Positions 27,753-37,468 of a stretch of 64,000 nt of DNA are shown here, in pieces (positions within the stretch are counted from its first letter, which is position 1; the number at the start of each line of letters is the position of its first letter). Made by a program: the position numbers and the translations under genes. The DNA is from Bdellovibrionota bacterium (lineage in GTDB: Bacteria > Bdellovibrionota_C > UBA2361 > OMII01). The notes beneath the pieces are model-generated. The model was not told where the DNA came from, ran no database searches, and saw only the letters and a list, made by a program, of their open reading frames with translations. The stretch covers positions 2,762-66,761 of the forward strand of contig JBIIEK010000001.1 in the NCBI GenBank assembly GCA_044237895.1, in the 5' to 3' direction.

Positions 27753-29183
27753 ATGCGGCAGACGGTACTGTCATTTACCGCGTTAGCACTCGCCGCCTTG
27801 TCGTCGCCTGCCGCTGCCGAAACGGTATCGCCGGGCACACGCCTAGCAGAGGAGCTCTCTCAGGCATTTGAGCAGGTGGCTGAAGGAATCACTCCTTCAG
27901 TTGTCACCATATCAACCGAAACAAAAGCCAAGAAAACCGCCAAGGGCAATGAAGCTCTCAAAGATTTTCTCGGCGAGGACTTCATGGATAAGATGGTACC
28001 CACTCCGCAACGGGGATTGGGTACGGGGGTGATCGTTGACGAACAGGGACACATCCTCACGAACAACCACGTTATTGGAGATGCGGATGAAGTGACGGTC
28101 CGCCTCAGCAACGAGAAGACCGTTAAAGCCAAGGTGGTAGGTAGCGACCCGCGGACCGACCTTGCGGTGATCAAGATAAAGGTTAAAGAGAGCCTTCCCA
28201 AAGCAGCGAAGCTCGGAGATTCCGACAAACTTAAGATCGGCGAGTGGGTGGTGGCCGCTGGCGCAAGCTTTGGCCTCGACAATACTATCACGGCAGGAAT
28301 CGTTTCGGCTAAGGGTCGCGCGCTCTCCGGTGGCAGTCAGTATGAGGACTTCATCCAAACTGATGCCGCCATCAATCCGGGCAACAGTGGCGGGCCGCTC
28401 GTAAACCTCAAAAACGAGGTTGTCGGGATTAATACAGCCATCGTGTCTAAGTCCGGTGGCTACATGGGTATTGGGTTTGCTATCCCGATCAATATGGCCA
28501 AGCAGGTCATGGAGAGCCTTATCTCGAAGGGCAAGGTAACTCGTGGATGGCTCGGAGTGGGCATTCAAAATCTCTCCGAAGATCTCGCGAGCTCGTTCAA
28601 CTATCCAAGCACAGAAGGTGCTCTCGTGGGACACGTGGATGTAAAGGGCCCCGCAAAGAAGGCCGGCATTAAGCAAGGGGACATCATCGTACAGGCTGGC
28701 AAGGAACAGATTAAAAACGTGAACCAACTCAGAAACTTTATCGCCTCACTAAAACCGGGAACGGATCTTCCCGTCATCTTCATTCGAGATGGCCGTAAGG
28801 AAACAGTGACGGTGGAGATCGGCGAGCTTCCATCCCAGCCGGAGGAAGCTCCAGACTTGAATGAGGAGGGGGAAGACGAGGATCTTGGACTTACCATCGA
28901 ACCGCTAGGAGACGGTGGCGCTCGCAAACCGAGGACTACGCGGACTTCTGGGTTGATTGTAACAGAGGTTGCACCCCAAGGACTTGCCGCGAAAGCGGAG
29001 ATCCGACCTGGCGACATTATCGTGAGCGTCAACGGTAAAGAGGTAACGACGATCTCCCAATTCAAGGACGCCATCGCAAAGGGAGATCTCGGCAAAGGGA
29101 TCCGTCTCGTAGTCGAATCCCAGGGAATGGAGCGCTTTGCGTTCCTACGTCAAAGCGTAACCTCGGGCGAGGAGGATGAATAG
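27753..29183 (+). CDS. htrA: Periplasmic serine endoprotease DegP/HtrA (trypsin domain plus two PDZ domains)
   Basis: It has a signal peptide (MRQTVLSFTALALAALSSPAAA). The catalytic triad context is TNNHVIG, DLAVIKI and NPGNSGGPLVN. Two PDZ-like segments follow. The start was set to ATG 27753. Confidence 0.9.
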   Translation: MRQTVLSFTALALAALSSPAAAETVSPGTRLAEELSQAFEQVAEGITPSVVTISTETKAKKTAKGNEALKDFLGEDFMDKMVPTPQRGLGTGVIVDEQGHILTNNHVIGDADEVTVRLSNEKTVKAKVVGSDPRTDLAVIKIKVKESLPKAAKLGDSDKLKIGEWVVAAGASFGLDNTITAGIVSAKGRALSGGSQYEDFIQTDAAINPGNSGGPLVNLKNEVVGINTAIVSKSGGYMGIGFAIPINMAKQVMESLISKGKVTRGWLGVGIQNLSEDLASSFNYPSTEGALVGHVDVKGPAKKAGIKQGDIIVQAGKEQIKNVNQLRNFIASLKPGTDLPVIFIRDGRKETVTVEIGELPSQPEEAPDLNEEGEDEDLGLTIEPLGDGGARKPRTTRTSGLIVTEVAPQGLAAKAEIRPGDIIVSVNGKEVTTISQFKDAIAKGDLGKGIRLVVESQGMERFAFLRQSVTSGEEDE

Positions 29184-29195
29184 GAATCTCCCCTC

Positions 29196-29289
29196 TTCCT
29201 CACTGTACCGGGGCTACTGCAACAAACCCAGCCGTCAGAAGTTTCCTCACTGTACCGGGGCTACTGCAACAAACCCAGCCGTCAGAAGT
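29196..29289 (+). repeat. Perfect tandem duplication, 2 x 47 bp (TTCCTCACTGTACCGGGGCTACTGCAACAAACCCAGCCGTCAGAAGT)
   Basis: Copies at 29196-29242 and 29243-29289 are identical. They contain the 16-mer CTGTACCGGGGCTACT, whose reverse complement is repeated at 30488-30559. The 10-bp palindrome GCGGGCCCGC follows. Confidence 0.95.
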
Positions 29290-29413
29290 AGCGGGCCCGC
29301 TCGAATCACTGTGAGGAGGGTATTAATTCACGCGTTCTTTCGGAAAAATCTGAGACATTAGGTACACGTCCGCCCTGCGAATCGGAGAACGCAATCGTCT
29401 GACAGGACGAGGG

Positions 29414-30388
29414 CTAGCGCCCAAGAGCATTGGCAAGCTTCGGCATTGACGGTGGATACAGCCCTGGCGGATACGGGACCGTAACATCTCCCATCTTCCA
29501 TCTCTGCCTTACCACTCTCGCTTTCCGCATCAGCTCTTTAAGATATCTTATAAACACCGCTCGAATACGGCCCTTCTCAGATAGGCACCACATGCGGCGC
29601 CCGGCTCGTTTTGAGCGGAAGGTCGTATTAAATACCTGAGCTAATAGCCGTTCTCGACCAATAACTCGGCCCTTCCTCTTGAGCCTCGCACTCTCGGCAC
29701 GCTTTTCGAGAAGTCTAATGCGAGCAACAAGGCGTTCGTTTATTCTTTTTTGCTCCAGAGAGGATCGATAGCCAAAGGCCTCCATCCACGCGTTCGGCTC
29801 CAACGTGAATGTTTGTACCTCTTTGGAATCTCCCGATACCTTCTCTGCTAGCTCCGTATAGCCTCTTAGATTATTCGAGCTTCTTGGAATCCGGGCGAAT
29901 TGAGAGCGCCGCACCCGCTTCCACTGTCGAGTTACGTCGCCGGATTGAAAGATCTGCCAGGACGAGAAACCCGGATATCTATCGATCGAGGCCTCTAGAT
30001 TATCTTTCGCGGGATTGGAATAGAGATATGCGATCGCTACTAGCGCTCTGATAGGAGTGAGGATAATCGGGCTATCATACCCCTCGCACCATACAGTGCG
30101 CTTCTCTCGACCCAGGAGTCCATTAAGCATGTGAGCAGACTCAGTCTTGAAACACCGGATAAACCCATGGACATGTTCCGGATCTATAACCACAAAAACA
30201 ATGTGCACATGATTTGCTTCAACAAGTATGTGACAAATCCTGACTGGATTAAGCGCACATGCTCGAGCGAGGCAGCTTTTGATGATGACTTCGCACAACG
30301 GATTGGCGAGCAGCAACAGCCCCTCTTCTAGACTGAATGTGCAAAACAGCACACTCCCGTTGGGGTGGTATTTCATGCCTCTTGCCAT
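29414..30388 (-). CDS. HUH/Y1 tyrosine transposase, REP-associated (RAYT / IS200-like TnpA family) with an Arg-rich C-terminal extension
   Basis: YHPNGSVLFCTFSLEEG is at the N-terminus. The HUH motif is EANHVHIVFVV. The Tyr motif is IAYLYSNPAKDNL...YPGFSSW. The start was set to ATG 30388, because the track start at 30661 reads through the repeat array and overlaps lpxD. Confidence 0.7.
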   Translation of the reverse strand: MARGMKYHPNGSVLFCTFSLEEGLLLLANPLCEVIIKSCLARACALNPVRICHILVEANHVHIVFVVIDPEHVHGFIRCFKTESAHMLNGLLGREKRTVWCEGYDSPIILTPIRALVAIAYLYSNPAKDNLEASIDRYPGFSSWQIFQSGDVTRQWKRVRRSQFARIPRSSNNLRGYTELAEKVSGDSKEVQTFTLEPNAWMEAFGYRSSLEQKRINERLVARIRLLEKRAESARLKRKGRVIGRERLLAQVFNTTFRSKRAGRRMWCLSEKGRIRAVFIRYLKELMRKARVVRQRWKMGDVTVPYPPGLYPPSMPKLANALGR

Positions 30389-30487
30389 GGCAAACTTATC
30401 GATGAAATCAGGAGTTTGTTGCGAAGAAAGCGGGAAATATTGGCCCCTGGACAGAACGAACAGGATAGCCCGGCTACAGGGAGCGAA

Positions 30488-30559
30488 AATAGTAGCCCCG
30501 GTACAGAGCTCAATAGTAGCCCCGGTACAGAGCTCAGATAGTAGCCCCGGTACAGAGCG
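30488..30559 (+). repeat. Tandem repeat, 3 x 24 bp (AATAGTAGCCCCGGTACAGAGCTC; the third copy is slightly diverged)
   Basis: Copies lie at 30488-30511, 30512-30535 and 30536-30559. The core AGTAGCCCCGGTACAG is the reverse complement of the core in the 47-bp repeats at 29196-29289. Confidence 0.95.
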
Positions 30560-30569
30560 AAGAGCGAGC

Positions 30570-31601
30570 CTAAGGCCGGCGTGTATTTCTTCGTGCCATC
30601 TTCGTACGGAGCTCTGTTTGATGTCGATGCCACTCACGCACTCGGAGGAGCGGATGCCCAAAGTAATCGCCTGGCTCCAGTATGTCCTCCGTCACGGGAG
30701 CTCCACCCCCGACACGAACACCTGCCACAATCCTGCGGTGGTCGGATACTCCTACCTGACCACTTAAGACAACTCCGTCCTCAATCACAGTGCTACCGGC
30801 GATACCTACCTGACCACAAATGATGCAGAACTTACCTATCACTGTGTTGTGACCAATCTGCACGAGGTTGTCTATCTTGGTGCCATACCCCACCATGGTC
30901 GAACCGAGCGCGCCGCGATCGATACAGCTATTCGCCCCGACCTCAACTTGATCGGAAATCAGAACGTTACCCAATTGCGGCACCTTTCGTAGCCCCAGAA
31001 CCTTGTCAGGGGTATACCCGAAACCGTCGGCTCCAATCACTGTATTATCATGAATGATACAGTGCCTGCCAACTACACACCTCTCACGCACGACTACACC
31101 ACTCTTGAGAATCGTTGAGTCTCCGATATGTGCCCCATCAAACACTCGCACATTCGGGCCCAACACCGTGTGAGCATCAAGGTGAACCCCTCGCCCCACG
31201 TAACAGTAGGGCCCAACAGTTGCAGTTGGGTGAATAGATGCTGACGGATGAATAGTCGCTCTCGGATCGACGCCAGCCACGTGCGGCTCTTCATTGTAGA
31301 ACAATTGAACCGAGTCGAGGAACGCCGTGTACGGGTCCGGAACGAGCACGAGGGAAGTCTCGCTGAGATTAACGTCATCAGGTAGCGCTTGCTCCATGAC
31401 AAACGCAGCGCAGCCTTTAATACCCTTGAGCGCGCGCGCCAAAGCCGTGACTCCTTTGGCGCGGATGAATGTAATGTGATTCGGCTGAGGGGCATCGAGC
31501 GTGCACAGCCCGTTAATAACCAGGTCTTGATTACCAATCACCTTGCCGTGAACATGATCGCCGATATGAGTTAGGGAATAGGAGGACTGGGATAAGAGCA
31601 T
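30570..31601 (-). CDS. lpxD: UDP-3-O-acylglucosamine N-acyltransferase
   Basis: The LpxD N-terminal domain (IGDHVHGKVIGNQDLVINGLCTLDAPQPNHITFI) is followed by a long run of hexapeptide repeats. The start was set to ATG 31601. Confidence 0.85.
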   Translation of the reverse strand: MLLSQSSYSLTHIGDHVHGKVIGNQDLVINGLCTLDAPQPNHITFIRAKGVTALARALKGIKGCAAFVMEQALPDDVNLSETSLVLVPDPYTAFLDSVQLFYNEEPHVAGVDPRATIHPSASIHPTATVGPYCYVGRGVHLDAHTVLGPNVRVFDGAHIGDSTILKSGVVVRERCVVGRHCIIHDNTVIGADGFGYTPDKVLGLRKVPQLGNVLISDQVEVGANSCIDRGALGSTMVGYGTKIDNLVQIGHNTVIGKFCIICGQVGIAGSTVIEDGVVLSGQVGVSDHRRIVAGVRVGGGAPVTEDILEPGDYFGHPLLRVREWHRHQTELRTKMARRNTRRP

Positions 31602-31938
31602 CAAGGCAGGATACTCTATATACCTCCGTAGAGAACCCCTAAGCTTAGAGTATTTTTTGCCGTTTCGACAGTATTTGAAGAATATCAAATATAGTACCAG
31701 TAGCGGCTGGCTCTTCTTCGCGAAGTAGAGTAGGCGTCGATTTTCAAGAGGCCCACAACCGGCCTCGGTATCGAGATCCGGCCGAGATCATGAACAGCGA
31801 GAACTCGAAAGAAGCAACAAAGTAACCATAGGTAACAGCCACGGCAAAAACCGACGAGAAGGAACAGCACAGAAGTCGCTCCGGCGTGCCCCAACCTCGC
31901 CTTTAACGGCCCATCCCGATCCTGAGCTCATTACAATA

Positions 31939-33834
31939 CTATCCAACCCTAAATTTCGTTGGCGCGCTCTTCTTCGTCGAACCAACCATGATAGTTTTCG
32001 GTTTCTTGAGAGCGATCTGCCCTAAATAGGATGCAGTATAACCACCAGAGGGAAGATTTCTCACCGAAATTCGATTGAGGCGAGTCTTGTACTGCCGCTT
32101 CTTACTAGCGGAACCACTCATCTCAAATGGCACATCCACTGTGAACACTGATGCGGCGCCTGAAGCTGGAGAGATGGTAATCTCATACGTCACAATAAAA
32201 TTGGCAGGGCTTCCGACGATATCCATGGCTTTCTTCTTGGTAAGCTTATATTTCGACACAAGGGTCTTTACCAGTCTTGCGCTTTGGGAAGGCGTCAGTG
32301 AAATCGTTGAATCGGGGATGATGACCGTTACTAATTTGTCGACCACTTCAATCGAGGGAGCTGGAACCGCAGCTCCAGGACTCAGGGGTACAGGGGTGGG
32401 CACAGGAATTACTGGACTTGCGGAGGGGGTATCCGTAGGCATAAAGGTTGGCGTTACCGTCGGGGTCATAGTCGGCGTTGCCGTGGGAGTTACTGTCGGG
32501 GTTCCTCCACAAGGGGACGGTATGGCAAGTTCATTCCCTTCAACGACGATATCGACCCTCCCTTTGTTGGAATTCCAACCCGGAGAACTAAAGATCATCA
32601 ACGGCTTCGGGGTGCCTGATGGATTGATAAGACAGTTGGCCCCTCCAACTATGACCTTCCCCTGCTCTTGTGCTGCATCCGCAATGCAGTTATTCACCTG
32701 CTTCATGGTGTCGCACGACCCTTCAGCGACTAGGGCAAAGACGGCCACTGAACCACCGGTTGTCGATTCAGACCGGTTCGTGGCGAAGGTAGCAGCACTC
32801 CCACCGGAGAACAGATTCTGAAAACTAGTGTTGAGGTGTGCCAAGCTAAATCCGAAGAGGGAGGAGGACTCTAATGCTGGCACTGCTGCATTACACACAA
32901 GAGTGGAACCCTGATACACAGAGATCCCCCCGCGCCCAGAATTTCTATAAGGACTCCCCACAGCGAAGATATCTGAGAGATAACTTCCTCCCAACGCCGT
33001 GCCATATTGCTCCTCACTAACAGTTGAAAACACGCTCTCGTTCTCGTTGCTGTCCAACAGGAAAACCTGCCCCGAGGATCCGATACTGTACTCAGGTTGA
33101 CCTGCGATCACATCGGTTTGCAGGTCTCCGTCACCTAAAGCAGAGTCTGGAAGTTCCGCAAGCGATGCTCCCAATCTTCCATTGCCATTTATGACAGTGA
33201 ATCGGGAGCCAAAAGTAGCCGCGCTACCGCAGCCAGCTGATAAATCTAGGCCATGAACCGTTCCACTATCCGGGTTCGCAACTACGAGCCGCTCAGGATA
33301 TGCGCCCGGTTGAAAAGGCCCCCGTAATCCCAAGAGGGTCGCACCGTACGAAGCAGAGACCTGTACCGTATTGCACAGGGAGTAACTCAGGGCAGAGCCA
33401 GAAATCATGCTCGTGTATATGTATACCGATCCCGTTCCGGGCTCCCCCACCGCAAGATCGTCGATGCCGTCAGAGTTCTGGTCGGTGATAAATGCAACGG
33501 AAGATCCGAATCCAAGGGGAGATATATTTGGCGAGGGGATGGACATTATCGGGTTCACCGAGTCTCCAGGATCAAAGATGTGCACCCTACCCTGCCCGCC
33601 ATTTTCATTCGGAGCGCCCACAGCGACATACGATCGATAAGTATTCGTTGCATTCGCTTTACTGCAAGCGATCGCATCTCCGAACCGAGCATTTGACGCC
33701 GTACCTTCCAAGCTTATCGAGGGAACGATCCAGGTTTCAGGCGTCGCAAGAGCGTCACACACACACACAGCCCCCAACATCACGATACACGCGATGCCCC
33801 TTCGCACTCCCTTAATGTGGGCCAGGTAGCTCAT
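31939..33834 (-). CDS. Secreted FG-GAP (integrin-alpha-like) repeat protein with a Thr/Pro linker and a C-terminal domain
   Basis: A signal peptide is present. FG-GAP-type repeats include FGDAIAC...YVAVGAPNENGGQGRVHIFD and GFGSSVAFITDQNSDGIDDLAVGEPGTGSVYIY. The linker is TPTVTPTATPTMTPTVTPT. The start was set to ATG 33834. Confidence 0.7.
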   Translation of the reverse strand: MSYLAHIKGVRRGIACIVMLGAVCVCDALATPETWIVPSISLEGTASNARFGDAIACSKANATNTYRSYVAVGAPNENGGQGRVHIFDPGDSVNPIMSIPSPNISPLGFGSSVAFITDQNSDGIDDLAVGEPGTGSVYIYTSMISGSALSYSLCNTVQVSASYGATLLGLRGPFQPGAYPERLVVANPDSGTVHGLDLSAGCGSAATFGSRFTVINGNGRLGASLAELPDSALGDGDLQTDVIAGQPEYSIGSSGQVFLLDSNENESVFSTVSEEQYGTALGGSYLSDIFAVGSPYRNSGRGGISVYQGSTLVCNAAVPALESSSLFGFSLAHLNTSFQNLFSGGSAATFATNRSESTTGGSVAVFALVAEGSCDTMKQVNNCIADAAQEQGKVIVGGANCLINPSGTPKPLMIFSSPGWNSNKGRVDIVVEGNELAIPSPCGGTPTVTPTATPTMTPTVTPTFMPTDTPSASPVIPVPTPVPLSPGAAVPAPSIEVVDKLVTVIIPDSTISLTPSQSARLVKTLVSKYKLTKKKAMDIVGSPANFIVTYEITISPASGAASVFTVDVPFEMSGSASKKRQYKTRLNRISVRNLPSGGYTASYLGQIALKKPKTIMVGSTKKSAPTKFRVG

Positions 33835-34021
33835 AGACGCCGAAGATACACGCAAAATTCCCTAACGTAGTCATCGACATATACTGCCCTAAACCTAAGA
33901 AGACTTTTCGAAGCAGCCCAAACACCTCACGCGGCCAGCTAAACGCCCTGGGGAAATTCCCTACAAGTTCCTCACAGTCGCTTAACTCAGCCCTGCCAAA
34001 GCACACCGGTCCAGACCCCCA

Positions 34022-34978
34022 CTATTCCACTAACTGCCGGGTTCTACTCGGAGGAGGGTCCGGTTCAGCATCGAGATCAACCACCCGAAAGGTTGATGTC
34101 CAAGACTTTCCATTACCCTGATGTGAGAGGAGGTCCACCCGGAGGAATCGCTGAATCGTGACCACTCCATTTCCCTGGGTAAAATCAGACGTTAGTGCGA
34201 CAACCATTCCTTGAGCGGCAAAGGGTGGTGCTTGATCCCCGAGGAGGGTGTCAAAGACCTGTCGAATATCGGCGTTTCCCGTACCCTGCGAAACAACCCC
34301 TCCTGGCACGAATGAATTATCACAGGCGTTACTGAGCATCATATTCGTATACTGTTGCCCTGATGATGAGTTACCAAAGATATCTATCTTTCCCCAATTT
34401 CCCGCTCCTTGCGTTCCTCCGATTGAGAATGTGCCCCCTACGGGTACATTCAAATTTGAAAAATAGGATCCCTCTATCCCCAAGGGACGTATGCAATTTG
34501 CCTCCGATGATATTGCGTTATAACCAACAGATCGGGCCGTAAGTACAAAATCTCCCTCGTGCACTACTCGAGCTAATCCAAGCCTCAACCTTCTCTTAAT
34601 GGTTACCTCAATAGCACTCGACGAGGAGTCACACTGATCGCTTGACGAAGGGCTGAACGCTCCACCACTCCAGGTGCCACATCGCGGGGGAACCGACGTG
34701 ACCTCATCCGTCGAAATGGAATTGGCGTTGGCGATAGTTGTGACTGCGGCTAACACCCCAGAGTAGCTAGCGCTAGCGCCAAGAGTGGCGACGCCAGCCA
34801 GCGCAGCTGCATCAGCAGCTATCTGAACCCTGCGTTGTTCGTCGTATACCCGACTGACATCAACCGCAAATCCTACCGCACCGAAGATAACCACACTCAT
34901 GAGTGCGAACATGATGAGAACGAAACCAATATTGGCCCCACCAGAAGGAATTCGGGTCTTACTCATCGAAACCTTCAC
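34022..34978 (-). CDS. TadG-like pseudopilin (Flp pilus-assembly TadE/G-like N-terminal domain)
   Basis: GGANIGFVLIMFALMSVVIFGAVGFAVDVSRVYDEQRRVQIAADAAALAG is a typical TadG N-terminus. It has a 4-nt overlap with the upstream tadE-like gene. Confidence 0.7.
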   Translation of the reverse strand: MKVSMSKTRIPSGGANIGFVLIMFALMSVVIFGAVGFAVDVSRVYDEQRRVQIAADAAALAGVATLGASASYSGVLAAVTTIANANSISTDEVTSVPPRCGTWSGGAFSPSSSDQCDSSSSAIEVTIKRRLRLGLARVVHEGDFVLTARSVGYNAISSEANCIRPLGIEGSYFSNLNVPVGGTFSIGGTQGAGNWGKIDIFGNSSSGQQYTNMMLSNACDNSFVPGGVVSQGTGNADIRQVFDTLLGDQAPPFAAQGMVVALTSDFTQGNGVVTIQRFLRVDLLSHQGNGKSWTSTFRVVDLDAEPDPPPSRTRQLVE

Positions 34979-35394
34979 TGCATCGTTGTATGCGCTGTTA
35001 ATTGGACCGTCGAGCCGATATCTGGAGAAAACAAACGGACGGGATAGCTAAGGGTGACCGTTACAGGAGTGTTGCCCGCAGCCGGAAGGATCGTCGGAGT
35101 TGTTTCGCACACAAGTAGGGTTGTATCCACAAGGCTCGCGAGTGAGTTCTTGGCTGCGTCGCACACCTGAGATTGCGTCTGATTAGTGCCAAGTATCGCG
35201 ACTCGCGCGCCCACCGCCGTAGCACTTCGCAACTGACTTAAAACACCGAAAGCGAATCCGAACTGTACCATCCCGAGAAATAGGAGAAGTACCATCGGAG
35301 CAACAAAAGCCGCCTCAATAAAAGCCGCCCCGCGTTCAGGTTCGCACATGCGCACAGAGACGGATGCTTTTTTCCCGAAGCCACATCGCCGCAT
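34975..35394 (-). CDS. TadE-like pseudopilin
   Basis: ERGAAFIEAAFVAPMVLLLFLGMVQFGFAF is the TadE family N-terminal motif. RBS GGAGA lies 8 nt upstream of ATG 35394. Confidence 0.7.
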   Translation of the reverse strand: MRRCGFGKKASVSVRMCEPERGAAFIEAAFVAPMVLLLFLGMVQFGFAFGVLSQLRSATAVGARVAILGTNQTQSQVCDAAKNSLASLVDTTLLVCETTPTILPAAGNTPVTVTLSYPVRLFSPDIGSTVQLTAHTTMQ

Positions 35395-36024
35395 AATCGC
35401 ACTCTCCTCACACTTTCGATTGAGAGATAGTCATGCAGTCTGATTCGAGTCGAATACGAACCATGCGCACGCTCCGAAGCGAGTGTGGCGCTTCAGGGGG
35501 ACTGGCGGATCTTTCACTGTCGCGGGCCTAATCTAGAGCCGCGCGTAAGAGCTTTCTGGCAACGACCGTGCCAAGAGCCCGCCAACTGCAACAGCGAACG
35601 CACAATGAACGGGTTATCTAACCCTCCCCGTCTGATCATAGGAATCAGAGTTTCCACAGCTATTCAATTCATGCACAGCCGTGATGCCCTCATCAGGCCT
35701 TCGCCCCGCATATCGGCCGCACCCACAACCTTGGCTCAAGGGAAGCGCAAGAGAACCTCTTGGCCGAGACACGGAGGATCTCCATCGCCATCCACTCCCA
35801 TACTAAATCACCGATTAGCCGCACCGTAACCAATTGAAAGCTATCATTATTCTCACCACCTCCGACGGGCCTGTGGAGCAACGTCGTTATTTTATCGCAC
35901 AGTGCGCATTGCAGCAGCCACCTGCACTCAAGTTCGTTAGACACTCCGCCGACTTATCAACCTAGGGGAAACACGCAGTGGGGCCTTCTGCCCTTTTGCT
36001 GCTGTTGTTTTTGGGGATGACACT

Positions 36025-37161
36025 ATGGAAAAGATAGGAATCACCGTTGGTGTTCCAAAGGAAACCGGTTCGGGGGAGACTCGAGTGGCCGCCACTCCTG
36101 ATTCAGTCAAGCGACTACTTAAATACGGTTTCGAACTGCACATCGAAGATGATGCCGGACTCGCCGCGGGATTTCCAAATGAAGAATACGAAAAGGCGGG
36201 CGCGAAGATAGTTTCAAGAAACGAAGCGTGGTCAAATCAACTTATCGCGAAGGTCGCTCCTCCGTCGGAACAGGAGGCTCCGAATATTCAATCCGGTGCG
36301 ATGGTCGTCGCCCTCCTAGAACCATATCGAAACGCACAACTCCTTCAGTCGTTTGCATCAGGAAAGGTAGATGCACTCGCTCTTGAAGCGATTCCAAGAA
36401 CCTCTCGTGCGCAATCAATGGACGTCCTCTCGTCGCAATCAGGAATAGCCGGGTATCGCGCAGTTCTTGAAGCCGCCCAACACTACGGCAGATTCTTTCC
36501 GATGATGATGACCTCAGCCGGCTCCGCCAAAGCTACAAAGGTCACCGTACTTGGAGCGGGCGTCGCTGGATTGCAGGCGATTGCAACAGCAAAAAAACTC
36601 GGAGCCACAGTAGAAGCCTACGATGTGCGACCAGAGACACGAGAGCAGATACTCTCTCTTGGAGCAAAACCTATCGAGATTCAGCTCGAAGAATCTGGCG
36701 TTGGGCAGGGCGGGTACGCTAAAGAGCTCTCGGATGAATCAAAGAAGAAGATTCAGGCCGCCCTCGACGAGAAACTGTCAAAAAGCGATATCATTATTAC
36801 CACGGCGAATGTGCCGGGTCGCAAAGCTCCCATCCTGGTATCAGAATCGGTTGTCAGAAGCATGCGCTGCGGCTCGGTGATAGTTGACATGGCGACACCA
36901 AGCGGCGGCAACTGCACTTTGAGCGTCCCGGACCAAATAATAGATGTAAACGGCGTCAAGATCGTAGGACACACCAACTATCCAGCGATGATGGCAACTG
37001 ACTCGAGTAATTTCTTCGCCCGCAACCTCGTATCCCTCCTCGATCTATTCGTCAAGAAACAAGAGAGCGGCGGATCCACGTTCATCGTGAACTTAGAGGA
37101 TGACATCATCGAGGCATCTCTTCTGGTTCACCAAGGCATTTTACGAATGAAAGGAAGATAA
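36025..37161 (+). CDS. pntAA: NAD(P) transhydrogenase subunit alpha, part 1
   Basis: [23 protein letters not shown] and the Rossmann motif [20 protein letters not shown] are present. Confidence 0.9.
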   Translation: MEKIGITVGVPKETGSGETRVAATPDSVKRLLKYGFELHIEDDAGLAAGFPNEEYEKAGAKIVSRNEAWSNQLIAKVAPPSEQEAPNIQSGAMVVALLEPYRNAQLLQSFASGKVDALALEAIPRTSRAQSMDVLSSQSGIAGYRAVLEAAQHYGRFFPMMMTSAGSAKATKVTVLGAGVAGLQAIATAKKLGATVEAYDVRPETREQILSLGAKPIEIQLEESGVGQGGYAKELSDESKKKIQAALDEKLSKSDIIITTANVPGRKAPILVSESVVRSMRCGSVIVDMATPSGGNCTLSVPDQIIDVNGVKIVGHTNYPAMMATDSSNFFARNLVSLLDLFVKKQESGGSTFIVNLEDDIIEASLLVHQGILRMKGR

Positions 37162-37165
37162 TTGT

Positions 37166-37453
37166 ATGTCTGGAACGATGATAGCTATCTATGTTTTCAC
37201 GCTCGCATGCTTTGTCGGCTACCACGTAATCTGGGGAGTCACCCCGGCATTACACACCCCTCTTATGGCGGTAACCAACGCAATAAGCGCGATTCTCGTT
37301 ATCGGAGCGATGCTTGTGGCAGGCTCCGTTCAATCCACTGAATCAACATGGATTCAAGCCCTGGGATTTTTCGCCGTGATGTTGGCTTCAATTAATATCT
37401 TCGGTGGGTTTGTTGTCACCAACCGCATCCTAGCAATGTTCAAAAAGAAATAA
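37166..37453 (+). CDS. pntAB: NAD(P) transhydrogenase subunit alpha, part 2 (membrane)
   Basis: 95-aa three-TM protein containing [17 protein letters not shown], located between pntAA and pntB. Confidence 0.9.
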   Translation: MSGTMIAIYVFTLACFVGYHVIWGVTPALHTPLMAVTNAISAILVIGAMLVAGSVQSTESTWIQALGFFAVMLASINIFGGFVVTNRILAMFKKK

Positions 37454-37468
37454 CAAAAGAGCTCCACT

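Larger units (their letters stand above)
29196..30559 (-). mobile_element. RAYT-like unit: an HUH/Y1 transposase gene flanked by inverted repeat arrays
   Basis: Two copies of the 16-mer core lie downstream of the gene, and three inverted copies lie upstream. The unit is inserted between htrA and lpxD. Confidence 0.55.

Noticed and set aside
27912-28727. A 271-aa minus-strand ORF antisense to htrA. Similar long antisense ORFs occur at 32075..32821, 49486..50262, 56093..56731, 4169..4763, 6748..7259, 19067..19630 and 41983..42411.
   Set aside because: These are shadow ORFs opposite genes with clear family motifs. They have no RBS, carry Arg/Ser/Pro-rich composition typical of antisense frames in moderate- to high-GC DNA, and show no recognisable domains.
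29196-30559. Possible CRISPR array, suggested by the short perfect direct repeats.
   Set aside because: The repeats are directly tandem with no spacers, only 2 and 3 copies are present, no cas genes are nearby, and they flank an HUH transposase.
30389-30661. N-terminal extension of the transposase ORF containing the repeated peptide ELCTGATI ELCTGATI.
   Set aside because: The extension is simply the 24-bp tandem DNA repeat read in frame. It overlaps the lpxD 3' end. The conserved Y1 transposase N-terminus begins after the internal ATG at 30388.
31685-31894. A 69-aa minus-strand ORF with a hydrophobic stretch, between the FG-GAP gene and lpxD.
   Set aside because: It has a TTG start and no RBS, an unusual Cys/Arg/Trp-rich composition, and lies where the lpxD promoter and FG-GAP terminator hairpins are expected.
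35395-36024. A small Flp-type prepilin gene upstream of tadE.
   Set aside because: I translated all minus-strand ATG/GTG-initiated short ORFs in the gap. None has the Flp G-x-x-x-x-EY motif or a hydrophobic helix.
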